The notes: a model not told the origin generated them from the sequence alone. 64,000 nucleotides of DNA from a bacterium (GCA_021163765.1 JAGGTK010000053.1:8017-72016), one strand, 5' to 3'; positions 1 through 9,863 are shown, counted from the first letter of the stretch. Numbers and translations are program-made.

Positions 1-900
1 AGCACGCTGAACGACAGCTACCTATATTCCTCGTTCCACGGCGTTGGCGCAGGTTGGCTTGACGAATACTTGCGGCGATACGGAGTGAAGGTTGACTCGC
101 GCTTTACCGAGCGGGACGTGCTCTTCGGCGGTCTGCTGCCCGACCCGTCACCGGCCAACCTTGAATCCCTGCAGCCTGACGTTGCCGAGGGGGATTATGC
201 CCTTCTGCTCGCCACAGACGGGGACGCTGATCGCTTTGGCCTGATGACCGCTGACGGTGAATATTTCGGATGCAACAGGGTGCTGCCGCTTCTGGCTGAG
301 TTCCTCCTCACGACAAAGGAACGGACTGGCTCTCTCGTTCGCACGGTCGCCACGTCTCACATGCTGGACGCGGTTGCCGTCGCGCACGGGATGGAATTGA
401 AAGAAACTCCAGTAGGCTTTAAATACGTCGGCCGGGAGTTGAGGGAAGGCGCTCTGATTGGAGGCGAGGAATCGGGCGGCTTGTCTGTGGAGGGGCACGT
501 GCCGGAAAAAGACGCCATTCTCTCTATATTGCTGCTGCTCGATATGCTCGCCACCAAGGGAGCCCGGCTTTCAGACATCTGGCAGGAATTCGGGCAGCAA
601 TACGGCCAGACCGTTTTCGCGCGGCTGGACGTGGAACTGCCGAGTGAGATGATTGCCGAGCTAATGAGTGATGTCGAAGCCCTGGCCCAGACCAGCACTT
701 TTCTTGATCATCCTGTTTCGGAGGTCATATCGATTGACGGGGTAAAGCTCGTTCTGGAAGATGGCTCGTGGGTCCTTCTCCGGCCGTCGGGAACCGAGGC
801 GGTTGTGCGCGCGTACCTGGAAGCCCCTGACGAGCGTGGATTCAACTTGCTGCGTAAAGCCCTTGTGAACTATCTGCATGACTACACCGTCCAACCATAA
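1..900 (+). CDS. phosphoglucomutase/phosphomannomutase family protein, C-terminal part (5' end lies outside window)
   Basis: ORF open from position 1 in same frame as 70..900; HGVG, GEESGG and RPSGTE motifs typical of alpha-D-phosphohexomutase domains II-IV. Confidence 0.8.
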   Translation, partial: STLNDSYLYSSFHGVGAGWLDEYLRRYGVKVDSRFTERDVLFGGLLPDPSPANLESLQPDVAEGDYALLLATDGDADRFGLMTADGEYFGCNRVLPLLAEFLLTTKERTGSLVRTVATSHMLDAVAVAHGMELKETPVGFKYVGRELREGALIGGEESGGLSVEGHVPEKDAILSILLLLDMLATKGARLSDIWQEFGQQYGQTVFARLDVELPSEMIAELMSDVEALAQTSTFLDHPVSEVISIDGVKLVLEDGSWVLLRPSGTEAVVRAYLEAPDERGFNLLRKALVNYLHDYTVQP

Positions 901-1885
901 CGGCCGTTTGCTCGTCGTGGACGATCTAAAGGTGGACATTGCCCTCGACCGGGGCGTTGTGCACGCTGTCCGGGGCATTAGCTTCGAAATCTCACCCGGC
1001 GAGATGGTCGGCCTCCTGGGTGAATCCGGCTGCGGCAAAACTATAACAGCGCTGTCTATTCCCGGCCTAACACGCGAGATTCCGGGGGCTCACATTCAGG
1101 GGCGCATTTTGTTTCGTCCGTCCAAACCGGAGGCTGATACCGAATTGGATGTCGTTACTGCATCAAGGGCTGAACTCAGGAGCATTCGGGGCAACGAGAT
1201 CGGTATGGTCTTTCAGGACCCGATGTCGTCGCTCAACCCGGTTTTCACCATAGGCTTTCAGGTGATGGAACCTTTGATGCTCCACCGCGGTATGTCAAAG
1301 GAAGATGCGCGGCGCGAGAGCATTAATCTCCTTAGAACCGTGGGCATCCCCGATCCTGACCAGCGATTCAACCACTATCCGCATCAGCTATCTGGAGGAA
1401 TGCGACAGCGAGTTATGATAGCCATGTCACTGTCCTGCCGGCCCTCGCTCTTATTGGCCGATGAGCCTACCACAGCTCTTGATGTAACGATTCAGGCTCA
1501 GATCCTGAGCCTGCTACTGAGGTTAAAGGACGAGTTCGGCGCATCAATCATCCTAATCACGCATGATATGTCCATCGTCGCTGGGACCTGTAGCCGCATA
1601 CTGGTAATGTATGCTGGCAGGATAGTAGAGGAGACTACCGATAAGGAATTCTTTTCGGCACCACACCATCCCTATTCCAGGGCTTTGCTGGACTCACTTC
1701 CTCGAGTGGACGCCAGGCGAAGGCTCAGGCCTGTTCCGGGGCAGCCACCGGACCTTTTAGCCCCTCCTGAGGGATGCGCTTACGCAGAACGCTGTCAGCG
1801 GGCAACCGGCGAGTGCTTTAAAACTCACCCAGAGATGACTGCACTCGGCCCTGGGCGTGTTTCCTGCTACCATCCCCTGGCTTAA
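878..1885 (+). CDS. oligopeptide/dipeptide ABC transporter ATP-binding protein (OppD/DppD family)
   Basis: Walker A GESGCGKT, ABC signature LSGGMRQR, Walker B LLLADEPTTALD, C-terminal oligopeptide-transporter ATPase extension; overlaps upstream gene by 23 nt. Confidence 0.85.
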   Translation: MTTPSNHNGRLLVVDDLKVDIALDRGVVHAVRGISFEISPGEMVGLLGESGCGKTITALSIPGLTREIPGAHIQGRILFRPSKPEADTELDVVTASRAELRSIRGNEIGMVFQDPMSSLNPVFTIGFQVMEPLMLHRGMSKEDARRESINLLRTVGIPDPDQRFNHYPHQLSGGMRQRVMIAMSLSCRPSLLLADEPTTALDVTIQAQILSLLLRLKDEFGASIILITHDMSIVAGTCSRILVMYAGRIVEETTDKEFFSAPHHPYSRALLDSLPRVDARRRLRPVPGQPPDLLAPPEGCAYAERCQRATGECFKTHPEMTALGPGRVSCYHPLA

Positions 1886-1940
1886 CCTGTTCTCGTTTGC
1901 AGTGAGCCTGAACCTAATTGCGTTGTGATAGCAGAAATCC

Positions 1941-1970
1941 TTGTGAAAATATTCTCTAGTGTGATATAAT
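1941..1970 (+). promoter_or_regulatory. candidate sigma70-type promoter (TTGTGA -35, 18-nt spacer, perfect TATAAT -10) upstream of OFOR-1 operon
   Basis: TTGTGA at 1941-1946, TATAAT at 1965-1970 in a 210-bp intergenic region before the delta-subunit gene. Confidence 0.35.
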
Positions 1971-2097
1971 TCAGCGACAAGTTATCTTCGGCCTAACTTG
2001 GGTATCATATGCGGTAGTCGCGGCGTAGCGTTGCGAACCGCCCCAGAAATGGGTGTTCCGATATACATTGCATCTCGCTTTAAGAGGTTTAAGCTCA

Positions 2098-2328
2098 ATG
2101 CCAATGATAGAAATCCTTGATGATACCTGCAAAGGGTGCTTGCTTTGCATTCCGGCATGTCCGCACGAGTTGATTCACAACACGAAGGCCAAACTCAATA
2201 AGCGCGGGCTCTATCCTGTTGAGTACGTAGATCCTGACGGCAAGTGCACAGGTTGCCGCCTTTGCTCAATAGTGTGCCCGGACGCGGCTATCCGCGTTTA
2301 CAAGGAAGTGAAGAAAAAGAGCGCTTAA
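2098..2328 (+). CDS. 2-oxoacid:ferredoxin oxidoreductase delta subunit (2x[4Fe-4S] ferredoxin)
   Basis: two CxxCxxCxxxCP motifs (CKGCLLCIPACP, CTGCRLCSIVCP); AAGAGG RBS 10 nt before ATG 2098 (ORF open from 2053). Confidence 0.8.
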   Translation: MPMIEILDDTCKGCLLCIPACPHELIHNTKAKLNKRGLYPVEYVDPDGKCTGCRLCSIVCPDAAIRVYKEVKKKSA

Positions 2329-2361
2329 CCTCCAATCGATTCCCAGGAGGGTAAATCAAGT

Positions 2362-3465
2362 ATGTCTGACGAACGCGTATTTATGAAGGGAAACCACGCA
2401 GCCTGTGAAGGCGCCTACCGCGCTGGCTGCAAAGGCTACTTTGGCTATCCAATCACACCCCAGAACGAAGTTACCGAGTACATGAGCGCCCACATCTGGG
2501 AGCACGGGGGGACATTTATCCAGTCTGAGAGCGAAGTGGCCGCGATCAACATGGTAATGGGCGCTTCGGCTACCGGCACGCGCGCCATGACAAGTTCCAG
2601 CTCCCCCGGCATATCGCTAAAGCAGGAGGGCCTGTCGTACATTGCCATGATGGAGCTTCCAATGGTGGTCATGAACGTGGTGCGCTGCGGCCCCGGACTG
2701 GGGAACATCGCGCCGCACCAGGGAGACTATTTCCAGGCCACTAAAGGAGGCGGGCACGGTGACTACCGGCTGATCACTCTCGCCCCCAACTCGGTGCAGG
2801 AAATGGCGCAATTCGTCTACGATGCGTTCAACCTGGCGGATAAGTGGCGAAATCCGGCAATGGTTCTCACTGATGGCACAATCGGCCAGATGATGGAGCC
2901 TGTGGATTACACAACAATGCCCTGGATGGACCCGCCAGACAAGAGCGAGTGGCAACTCGACGAGTTCCAGGAAGGACGGGAACGCCACGTGCTTACATCT
3001 ATCTGGCTAGATCCTGCTGACATGGCTGTAGCTCACGAGAAGCTCATAGAAAAATATGAAAGGCTAAAAAGGGAGGAAGTGCGATACACCGAGTATCTCA
3101 CTGACGACGCGGAAGTTCTGGTAGTGGCCATCGGGTCTCCCAGCCGCGTCACCCACAGCGCAATCCGCATTCTTCGCCAGGAAGGCTTGAAGGTTGGCCT
3201 GCTTAGGCCCATAACCGTATGGCCGTTCCCATACAGCGCCATAAGAGAATACGCTGACAGCAAGCACGTTAAGGCTATCCTTGTCGCGGAGATGAACTGG
3301 GGCCAGATGGTTGAGGACGTTAAACTAAGCGTTCTTGGCAAGAAGCCCTTGCACTTTGTACCAAAGCACGGGGGACTGACTTTCACGCCTGAGGATCTGA
3401 CCGAGCCCATACGCGAAATTCTCAAGAATCCGGAGAGCCCTAACACCCTCTGGCATGTATCATAG
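2362..3465 (+). CDS. 2-oxoacid:ferredoxin oxidoreductase alpha subunit
   Basis: pyruvate/ketoisovalerate oxidoreductase alpha-domain homology (GYPITPQNEV, GASATGTRAMTSSS), GGAGGG RBS. Confidence 0.88.
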   Translation: MSDERVFMKGNHAACEGAYRAGCKGYFGYPITPQNEVTEYMSAHIWEHGGTFIQSESEVAAINMVMGASATGTRAMTSSSSPGISLKQEGLSYIAMMELPMVVMNVVRCGPGLGNIAPHQGDYFQATKGGGHGDYRLITLAPNSVQEMAQFVYDAFNLADKWRNPAMVLTDGTIGQMMEPVDYTTMPWMDPPDKSEWQLDEFQEGRERHVLTSIWLDPADMAVAHEKLIEKYERLKREEVRYTEYLTDDAEVLVVAIGSPSRVTHSAIRILRQEGLKVGLLRPITVWPFPYSAIREYADSKHVKAILVAEMNWGQMVEDVKLSVLGKKPLHFVPKHGGLTFTPEDLTEPIREILKNPESPNTLWHVS

Positions 3466-3475
3466 GAGGACAGCG

Positions 3476-4285
3476 ATGGATGTCGTAACTATTGAAGGAA
3501 ATGAATACAAGGTTGTCGCCCAACGACCTAAATCGCTTACCGATAAGCCATTCACCTATTGCCCGGGCTGCAATCACGGGACGACACACAAAATTATCGC
3601 TGAGGTAATTGACGAGCTGGGCATACAGCACCGCTGCATTGGAATCGCGTCTGTTGGGTGCAGCGTGTTCAGCTACGAATTCTTCGACTTCGATTTCATC
3701 AGCGTGCCACACGGCAGGGCATTGGCGGTTGCCACCGGCGCTAAGCGTATGCGGCCCAATTCAGTGTTGATGACATACCAGGGAGATGGAGACCTGGCGG
3801 CCATCGGCATCGCCGAGACAATCCACGCTTGTAACCGTGGTGAACGCGTCACCTGCATTTTCGTCAACAACGCCATCTACGGTATGACCGGCGGGCAAAT
3901 GGCGCCGACGACGCTTCTGGGCATGAAAACCACGACCTCACCGCTTGGGCGCGACGCCAAGCGAATAGGCTGGCCTATTAAAATGAGTGAGATGCTCGCA
4001 CCCCTTCCGGGTGCGGCTTACATTGCCCGTGTGAGCATGCACGATGCAAAGCACATCCTCAAGGCCAAAGCAGCCATCAAGAAGGCTTTCAGGGCACAGC
4101 TTGAGGATAAGGGCTTCTCAATGGTTGAGGTGCTGAGCAACTGCAATGTCAACTGGCACGTGACGCCCCAGGAGGGAGTGAAGTTCGTCGAGGAGCACAT
4201 GACGAAGAATTTCCCTCTCGGCGTATACAAGGATGTCTGGGAAGACGAAAAAGCTGCCAAACAAACCGATAAGGAGAAGGGCTAA
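3476..4285 (+). CDS. 2-oxoacid:ferredoxin oxidoreductase beta subunit (TPP-binding)
   Basis: CPGCNHG Cys motif, TPP-binding GDGD region; AGGAGG RBS 6 nt upstream of ATG 3476 (ORF open from 3455). Confidence 0.88.
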   Translation: MDVVTIEGNEYKVVAQRPKSLTDKPFTYCPGCNHGTTHKIIAEVIDELGIQHRCIGIASVGCSVFSYEFFDFDFISVPHGRALAVATGAKRMRPNSVLMTYQGDGDLAAIGIAETIHACNRGERVTCIFVNNAIYGMTGGQMAPTTLLGMKTTTSPLGRDAKRIGWPIKMSEMLAPLPGAAYIARVSMHDAKHILKAKAAIKKAFRAQLEDKGFSMVEVLSNCNVNWHVTPQEGVKFVEEHMTKNFPLGVYKDVWEDEKAAKQTDKEKG

Positions 4286-4288
4286 ACG

Positions 4289-4852
4289 ATGCTACTGGAA
4301 GAGTATATTTTTGCTGGTTTCGGCGGACAGGGCATCATGACCATCGGCCAGATCATCGCTTACGCCGGGATGCTCCAGGATTTCTACACTGCCTGGATTC
4401 CCAGCTACGGACCTGAGAGCCGCGGAGGCACCGCTAACTGCAACGTGGTTATCAGCGACGAGATTATTGGCAGCCCCCACACGCATCATCCCAACGGCGT
4501 TATCGTTATGAATGCGCCCAGTTTCGACAAATTCGAGCCGATGATGGCATCCGGTGGCGTTCTGGTCGTGAACACTAACCTATCTCCAAAGCGCAGCGAA
4601 CGCGACGACCTGTCGGTAGTCTACATTCCCACTGCGGACATCGCAATGGAGATTGGACACCCGGTGCTCGCTTCCGTTACAGCACTTGGAGCTTTTGCGG
4701 CAGCGCGTGGGGTTTTTGACGATGCGCACGTAGAGAAGGGCATCGATTGGGCACTTCCCGCGCGCCACAAGGATATGCTCGAAATGAACATCAAGGCATA
4801 TCAAGAGGGTAAGAAGGCTGCCGAAGCTCAACTCAAAACCGCGACCAAATAA
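4289..4852 (+). CDS. 2-oxoacid:ferredoxin oxidoreductase gamma subunit
   Basis: FAGFGGQG motif of Por/Kor gamma family; AAGGAG RBS. Confidence 0.88.
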   Translation: MLLEEYIFAGFGGQGIMTIGQIIAYAGMLQDFYTAWIPSYGPESRGGTANCNVVISDEIIGSPHTHHPNGVIVMNAPSFDKFEPMMASGGVLVVNTNLSPKRSERDDLSVVYIPTADIAMEIGHPVLASVTALGAFAAARGVFDDAHVEKGIDWALPARHKDMLEMNIKAYQEGKKAAEAQLKTATK

Positions 4853-4961
4853 TATCGGCTGTTCCTTCAACTATGGTGGCGAACGAAGTGGAACAGCCTT
4901 GTTGGGGCACTTTGCCAGTTTCTGCTAAATCACAAAGCGCGCCCACGCAGAAAACCGGCAG

Positions 4962-6191
4962 TTACACGCGCAGCGCTTTTCCTTTGAAAATGCCCTGTTT
5001 AAGCCCGTCCAGGCTCACATTTATCAGTCCGGTTTCAGCCGGCGATGGTTCAACGCAGACACGCTGATAGGCTTCGCCGTAACCGCAACCGCTGTCCTCT
5101 AGAGCTACTTCACACTCCGAACCGACGAATCTGGCAAGCGCCTTTTGAGATACACTCTTGGATAACGCCAGAAGCTTGTCCTGTCGCCTGCTGACAACAG
5201 AGCTTGGCAGCAGCCCCATTTCACTCGCGGCAGTGTTGGGCCTTGTACTGAACCGGAAGATATGGACTCGCTCAAATGCACATGCGCTAACCATCTCACC
5301 TGTTAGTTCGAAATCCTCATCCGTTTCTGCAGGGAAACCAACCATCAGGTCTGTTGTCACTGCCGCATCAGGGTGCAACTTGCGGAACTTCTTAACTAAG
5401 TCCCTGTAGTACGTGCTGTCGTAATTCCGCCGCATCGCGGCCAGTACAGAGTCGCTGCCCGATTGCAGTGGAAGGTGCAAATGCGGGCAGAGACGCGGAT
5501 GTGAGAATAGCTCCAGCATCTCGTCAGTTACATGCTCCGGCTCAATGGAGGACAACCGCAATCTGGACGACTCCGGCAATATCGCAAGGGCCCGCCTCAG
5601 CAGCGACATAAGACCGTAGCCTTCATCCGGGTCGGTGTAAAGCCCAAGGTTTATCCCGCACAGGACTATCTCCGGTGTTCCGGTGTTCACGCTCTCCATC
5701 ATCTCATCTATCACCTGTTCTCCACGCTTGCACTCCATGGACCGAACGTAAGGGATGATACAGTAAGTGCAGTAGCTGTTACAGCCGTCCTGTATCTTAA
5801 TGAAGCGCCTTGTGCGCGTGTCTTCTGGAGCGGGAACAGGCAATCCGTCTTTCCCGAGCGCCTCAGAAACCAGGTTGGGATTTCCGATTATTGTTGCGCC
5901 AAGCGATTCAAACTGAGAGGCTATTTTTTCCTCGCGCGCCGCACAGCCAGTGACGATGAGTCTGGCTCGCGGGAATTCACGCAGGCAGCGTCGCGCATAC
6001 TGCCTTGCCTTCTTCACTGCGCCAGCCGTCACGGCACACGTGTTCACGACAACAGCGTCAGGCGGTGCAGCCTTGCCCCACCCGCTTGAAATATGGCTGC
6101 ATTGATGACCGAGCTTAGCCAGAGCAGAAACAAGTGCTTCTGTATCGGCGTAGTTAACTTTGCAGCCGAAGGTCTTTATGAACACACGCAC
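4962..6191 (-). CDS. MiaB/RimO-family radical SAM methylthiotransferase (MtaB-like)
   Basis: N-terminal MTTase domain (IKTFGCKVNYADTE), radical SAM CxxxCxxC (CNSYCTYC), C-terminal TRAM-like region. Confidence 0.85.
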   Translation of the reverse strand: MRVFIKTFGCKVNYADTEALVSALAKLGHQCSHISSGWGKAAPPDAVVVNTCAVTAGAVKKARQYARRCLREFPRARLIVTGCAAREEKIASQFESLGATIIGNPNLVSEALGKDGLPVPAPEDTRTRRFIKIQDGCNSYCTYCIIPYVRSMECKRGEQVIDEMMESVNTGTPEIVLCGINLGLYTDPDEGYGLMSLLRRALAILPESSRLRLSSIEPEHVTDEMLELFSHPRLCPHLHLPLQSGSDSVLAAMRRNYDSTYYRDLVKKFRKLHPDAAVTTDLMVGFPAETDEDFELTGEMVSACAFERVHIFRFSTRPNTAASEMGLLPSSVVSRRQDKLLALSKSVSQKALARFVGSECEVALEDSGCGYGEAYQRVCVEPSPAETGLINVSLDGLKQGIFKGKALRV

Positions 6192-6208
6192 AAAGATATT
6201 GTAGCCCA

Positions 6209-6330
6209 GCGCAGATAGAATGGCGCTTAGTTATCGGAACCTGCTGCTTTCATCGCATAGAGCGCTGCGCCCAGCGCCCAAACCGACGCTGGCTCATCGG
6301 GCACTATGATCTCACAGGCAACCTCTTCGG
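6209..6330 (-). pseudogene. possible gene remnant: C-terminal approx. 40 aa resembling BcrAD/HgdC-type activase (ASKHA ATPase) tail
   Basis: minus-strand translation IIVPDEPASVWALGAALYAMKAAGSDN* with no intact upstream domain; preceded by short out-of-frame ORF MKKGIEITDNRSRPEPMSS*. Confidence 0.3.
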
Positions 6331-6394
6331 CAAGCAGCTCACGAACTCATGGGTTCAGGGCGACTCCTGTTGTCGGTAATCTCGATTCCCTTCT

Positions 6395-7279
6395 TCATCC
6401 GTGCCGCACCATCTCCCCTACAAAAAGCCGGTAGTGTGCTGGCAGAGTCCGCTTTTTGTGCGAAATGACGAAGAACTTCCGCTTCATTCTGAGACCTTCC
6501 ATTCTGGCCACTGCCAGCCTTCCAGCAGATATCTCATCTGTAAGCGCAAACTTCGACAGAATCGATGCCCCGAGGCCCGCCTTGATTGCTTCTCTCACTG
6601 CGCCCGTCGAGCCGAGCACCGCCACTACGTTGAGGTCTTTGACGCCAAATCCCTTCTCCGCAAGGTACTCCTCCATTACCTTCCTCGTGCCTGAGCCTTC
6701 CTCTCTCAATAAAAACGGGATTGAACCGAGCAGCTTCAGCGAGACGCTGCGACGTCCAATCAACTGCGGAGAACCAGCTAGAACCAGTTCGTCTTCTACG
6801 AAAGGCGTGTAATCCAGTTTGCCGTTAACGGTCTTCGCCCCAACGGTGCCCAGCAGTATTTCGTGGTTCAGCACCAGGTTGGCTATTTCCTCTGTATCCC
6901 CAAGCCGGATTTCGAACGAAACGCCAGGATATTGCTTCACGAAGTCCGCGGCGATTGCCGGAAGGATATATGTCCCGGGAATAGTGCTCGCTCCGATAAC
7001 AAGCTCGCCCGCAACGTCGCGGTTTACACCCCGGATGGCATCCGGTATCCCGTCAAGTTTCTCTGTCAGGTCCAGAGCGTGAAGATAGAGCACTTCCGCT
7101 TCTTTAGTGGGGATCACCCTGCGCCCCGTCCGGTCGAAGAGCTTGCAGCCAAGTTCCTTCTCCAGGCTCATCACGTGATTGCTGACTGTCGGTTGCGTGA
7201 GCTTCAGTTCTCTGGACGCCTTCGAGAAGCTCTTTTGCCTGAATACAGAGGCGAATACGCGCAGTTGATGAACATCCAT
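6395..7279 (-). CDS. LysR-family transcriptional regulator
   Basis: N-terminal HTH MDVHQLRVFASVFRQKSFSKASRELKLTQPTVSNHV, LysR substrate-binding domain; likely start ATG at 7279 rather than ORF start 7432. Confidence 0.85.
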   Translation of the reverse strand: MDVHQLRVFASVFRQKSFSKASRELKLTQPTVSNHVMSLEKELGCKLFDRTGRRVIPTKEAEVLYLHALDLTEKLDGIPDAIRGVNRDVAGELVIGASTIPGTYILPAIAADFVKQYPGVSFEIRLGDTEEIANLVLNHEILLGTVGAKTVNGKLDYTPFVEDELVLAGSPQLIGRRSVSLKLLGSIPFLLREEGSGTRKVMEEYLAEKGFGVKDLNVVAVLGSTGAVREAIKAGLGASILSKFALTDEISAGRLAVARMEGLRMKRKFFVISHKKRTLPAHYRLFVGEMVRHG

Positions 7280-7285
7280 TATATA

Positions 7286-7295
7286 TAGAATTCTA
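7286..7295. promoter_or_regulatory. perfect 10-bp palindrome TAGAATTCTA (candidate LysR operator) in divergent intergenic region
   Basis: palindrome 7 bp upstream of LysR start; second inverted repeat ATAGTTTCTAT at 7306-7316. Confidence 0.35.
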
Positions 7296-7356
7296 GCATA
7301 ACCATGATAGTTTCTATGAAACAATGCGGATTGCACTGTGCTAATATTCTGGTATC

Positions 7357-8706
7357 GTGCGCTCCACGAAGGAATACAGGATTGACCCTTTGTCCTGCGC
7401 CTACTGCGCAAAGTGCCACTCCGTATGCCCAACCTACGAGGCTACCGGCAATGAGGGCTTTGCCGCCAGAGGAAAAATCCTCCTTGCAAGCGCTATGCGT
7501 GGAGACTTCTCCGCGCTGCCAGCGGGCCTTTTAGGCGACCCACGCGACAACGGCGCTGTCGACTGGCATGGCAACCGCGAACTTAACGAGTACCTCGACT
7601 TCTGCCTGCGATGCTACCGCTGCCTTGAGGTATGCCCATCAATGATGGCAACAGTGCCAATATTCGAAGCCATGCGCTTTGAAATCGCCCGTGAGCATCC
7701 TCCCCCGTTGCCTATGCAATGGCTGATGAGGTCGGTACTTGCAGAGCGGGGAAATACGCGCCTTCTTGCCGGGATTGGAGCCCTTCCGTTCTCATTGTTG
7801 CCGTGGGCTGCAAAGCGGGTACGGGCCAGCGATAAGCTACGGTCAGTGGCCAGCAAGCTCCACGTCGATATTCCTGCATCCACTCTCAGCGCTCGTTCCC
7901 CCACTGTATTCCTCGGCAAAATGGAATTTCCCCTGCCCGCTTCAGTACTGTCGCGGGGGCGCGTGTACGACTTCATCCGGAATCATCAAAACGTTGCCCA
8001 GCCTGAGCGCGGCACAATCGGCTATTTTCTCGATTGCCTGACCGACATTCATTTCCCAGGAGCGTTCTCAGGCACCGTAAGGCTGCTGAACTCGCTGGGC
8101 TTTCGCCTGGAGGCCGAGTTCAATTCGCCCTGCTGCGGAGCCAGCGCGCTTAATACCGGCGACGAGCAGGCGTTCGAGAAGATGGCAAGAAGCTACGCGA
8201 AGACCTTCGCGGATGCCCCTTTCGACCGGATTCTGTTCACAAATCCAACCTGCTATAAAACAGTTAAGGAACGATATCCGGAAATTTTAGGAGACAAGGA
8301 ACTTGCAGCCCTGCCCGAACCCGTGCTCGACGTGGAGCTATACAGCGAACTTCCCGCGCCGCCGATTCATCCGGCCTGGTCTGACCTGAACATCGCATGG
8401 CACAATCCCTGCACTCTGGGATACGCCCTAGGAGACAAGACAACTGCGCCATCAATCCTGCGGAAATGGGGACTGAAAATCAGCGAGTTCCCGGATGTCG
8501 AGGGATGCTGCGGCTATGGGGGCATGTTCTACCTGCGCTATCCTGAGTTTGCTGCGGAGCAGAGCGCCCGCAAACTAAAAGCCTGGCAGGACGCGGGGAT
8601 TGACCTGGCTATAACCTGCTCGGCGGGATGCATCGGCCATATCAACGCCACTGCCATCCGAGAGAATATCCCGATTCCCACAATTCACTGGGGCGAGCTG
8701 GGCTAG
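7357..8706 (+). CDS. (Fe-S)-binding oxidoreductase, GlcF/HdrD-like: 4Fe-4S dicluster domain plus two CCG domains
   Basis: CAYCAKCHSVCP and CLRCYRCLEVCP ferredoxin motifs; CCG motifs SPCCGASA and GCCGYGGM; GTG start. Confidence 0.8.
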   Translation: MRSTKEYRIDPLSCAYCAKCHSVCPTYEATGNEGFAARGKILLASAMRGDFSALPAGLLGDPRDNGAVDWHGNRELNEYLDFCLRCYRCLEVCPSMMATVPIFEAMRFEIAREHPPPLPMQWLMRSVLAERGNTRLLAGIGALPFSLLPWAAKRVRASDKLRSVASKLHVDIPASTLSARSPTVFLGKMEFPLPASVLSRGRVYDFIRNHQNVAQPERGTIGYFLDCLTDIHFPGAFSGTVRLLNSLGFRLEAEFNSPCCGASALNTGDEQAFEKMARSYAKTFADAPFDRILFTNPTCYKTVKERYPEILGDKELAALPEPVLDVELYSELPAPPIHPAWSDLNIAWHNPCTLGYALGDKTTAPSILRKWGLKISEFPDVEGCCGYGGMFYLRYPEFAAEQSARKLKAWQDAGIDLAITCSAGCIGHINATAIRENIPIPTIHWGELG

Positions 8707-9791
8707 GCAATCTTGCGCTCCATCTCCCAGACGTAAATGCGCTGCCATTTACGCTTCTTTCGATGCGTCTGCACGCGAACCGAACGCTCTTTAATCACTC
8801 GCAGCCCGGCTTTCTCCGCCAGCTCCAGCACCCTAGCGACAGCCTTCTGGCCGCTGTTATCGGCGTAGCCTAGCACCAGCCTGCCCTCACGCTCTAGGTG
8901 TCGCGGTATCTCTTCTAAGAAACGTGCAATCGTTTTCTGCTTCGGGTCGTTAAGTGAGATGTCAGCACGTGAGCCTACCGGGGCCACCACCCATGGAGCG
9001 TTGAAGATGATCAGGTCAAAGCTAGCGTTTCCAACCGGGGCAAACAGGTCTCCTGCTTTCAGAAGCTCTACGGAATCGGGCGCAATCAGGCCCTCGTCTG
9101 CGAAACGTGTCGCATTCAGGCGTGTTGACGCAGTAGCCTCCGGCATCACATCCGTTGCAGTGATTCTCGGCTTCAGGCTATCTAGTAACACCGCTGCGAG
9201 GAGCGTGAGAACCCCGCTGCCACAGCCCATATCCAGAACCTGCGCGTTATTTGGCAGACTCGAGGTCTGCGCGGCTATCGCCTCCCGGAAAAGCCCTACC
9301 GTCTCCTGTGACTTAGGTGGAATCACATCATCACCCGCCATAATCCAGCTACTCAGGGTCTCCACCTGCCATTTCTGCGCGAGAGCATCCTGAAGCTTTC
9401 GCAGCTTAACTAGCGGGATCAGGAACATCTTGTCCCTAGTCAGTGAAGCCTCGCCGCAGAATTTGGATAGATGCGGGATATGTACTGGAGGCTCAATACC
9501 CTCACAGATATCATTCTTTGCCAAGACCATCAGCCGGCCGATAATCGATTCCGAACGAGGTTTGAGATCGGTGCTTCTGCGCTGAACGTATACCGCAAGC
9601 TCGTTCAGTGCAGTTACAGGCCCTGAGATCACAGCGATGCCACCAGATGCCAGATGGTTGAATATGCGGTCGTGACGTGCGAGGTCTCGCCCGGCAAAGG
9701 CTTTTACCGGGCAGTTGTCTTCCAGCCCACCGGCGTATTTCCCCGGAATGACCGCTTCCTCGCCATCGACTCTCATTGAAAATTGAGGCAT
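8703..9791 (-). CDS. SAM-dependent methyltransferase (MTS/small-domain type) with uncharacterised approx. 170-aa N-terminal domain
   Basis: VLDMGCGSGVL motif I and FDLIIFNAPW (NPPY-like) motif IV in C-terminal half. Confidence 0.65.
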   Translation of the reverse strand: MPQFSMRVDGEEAVIPGKYAGGLEDNCPVKAFAGRDLARHDRIFNHLASGGIAVISGPVTALNELAVYVQRRSTDLKPRSESIIGRLMVLAKNDICEGIEPPVHIPHLSKFCGEASLTRDKMFLIPLVKLRKLQDALAQKWQVETLSSWIMAGDDVIPPKSQETVGLFREAIAAQTSSLPNNAQVLDMGCGSGVLTLLAAVLLDSLKPRITATDVMPEATASTRLNATRFADEGLIAPDSVELLKAGDLFAPVGNASFDLIIFNAPWVVAPVGSRADISLNDPKQKTIARFLEEIPRHLEREGRLVLGYADNSGQKAVARVLELAEKAGLRVIKERSVRVQTHRKKRKWQRIYVWEMERKIA

Positions 9792-9863
9792 CCGATTCGC
9801 ACCGATTATAGTCCAAGATAAAGCTAAGACCCCTGCAATCTAGGTATTCAAGAATAGCCGGGT

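Noticed and set aside
5532-6089. 185-aa plus-strand ORF
   Set aside because: Lies antisense within the well-supported MtaB-like gene; shadow ORF.
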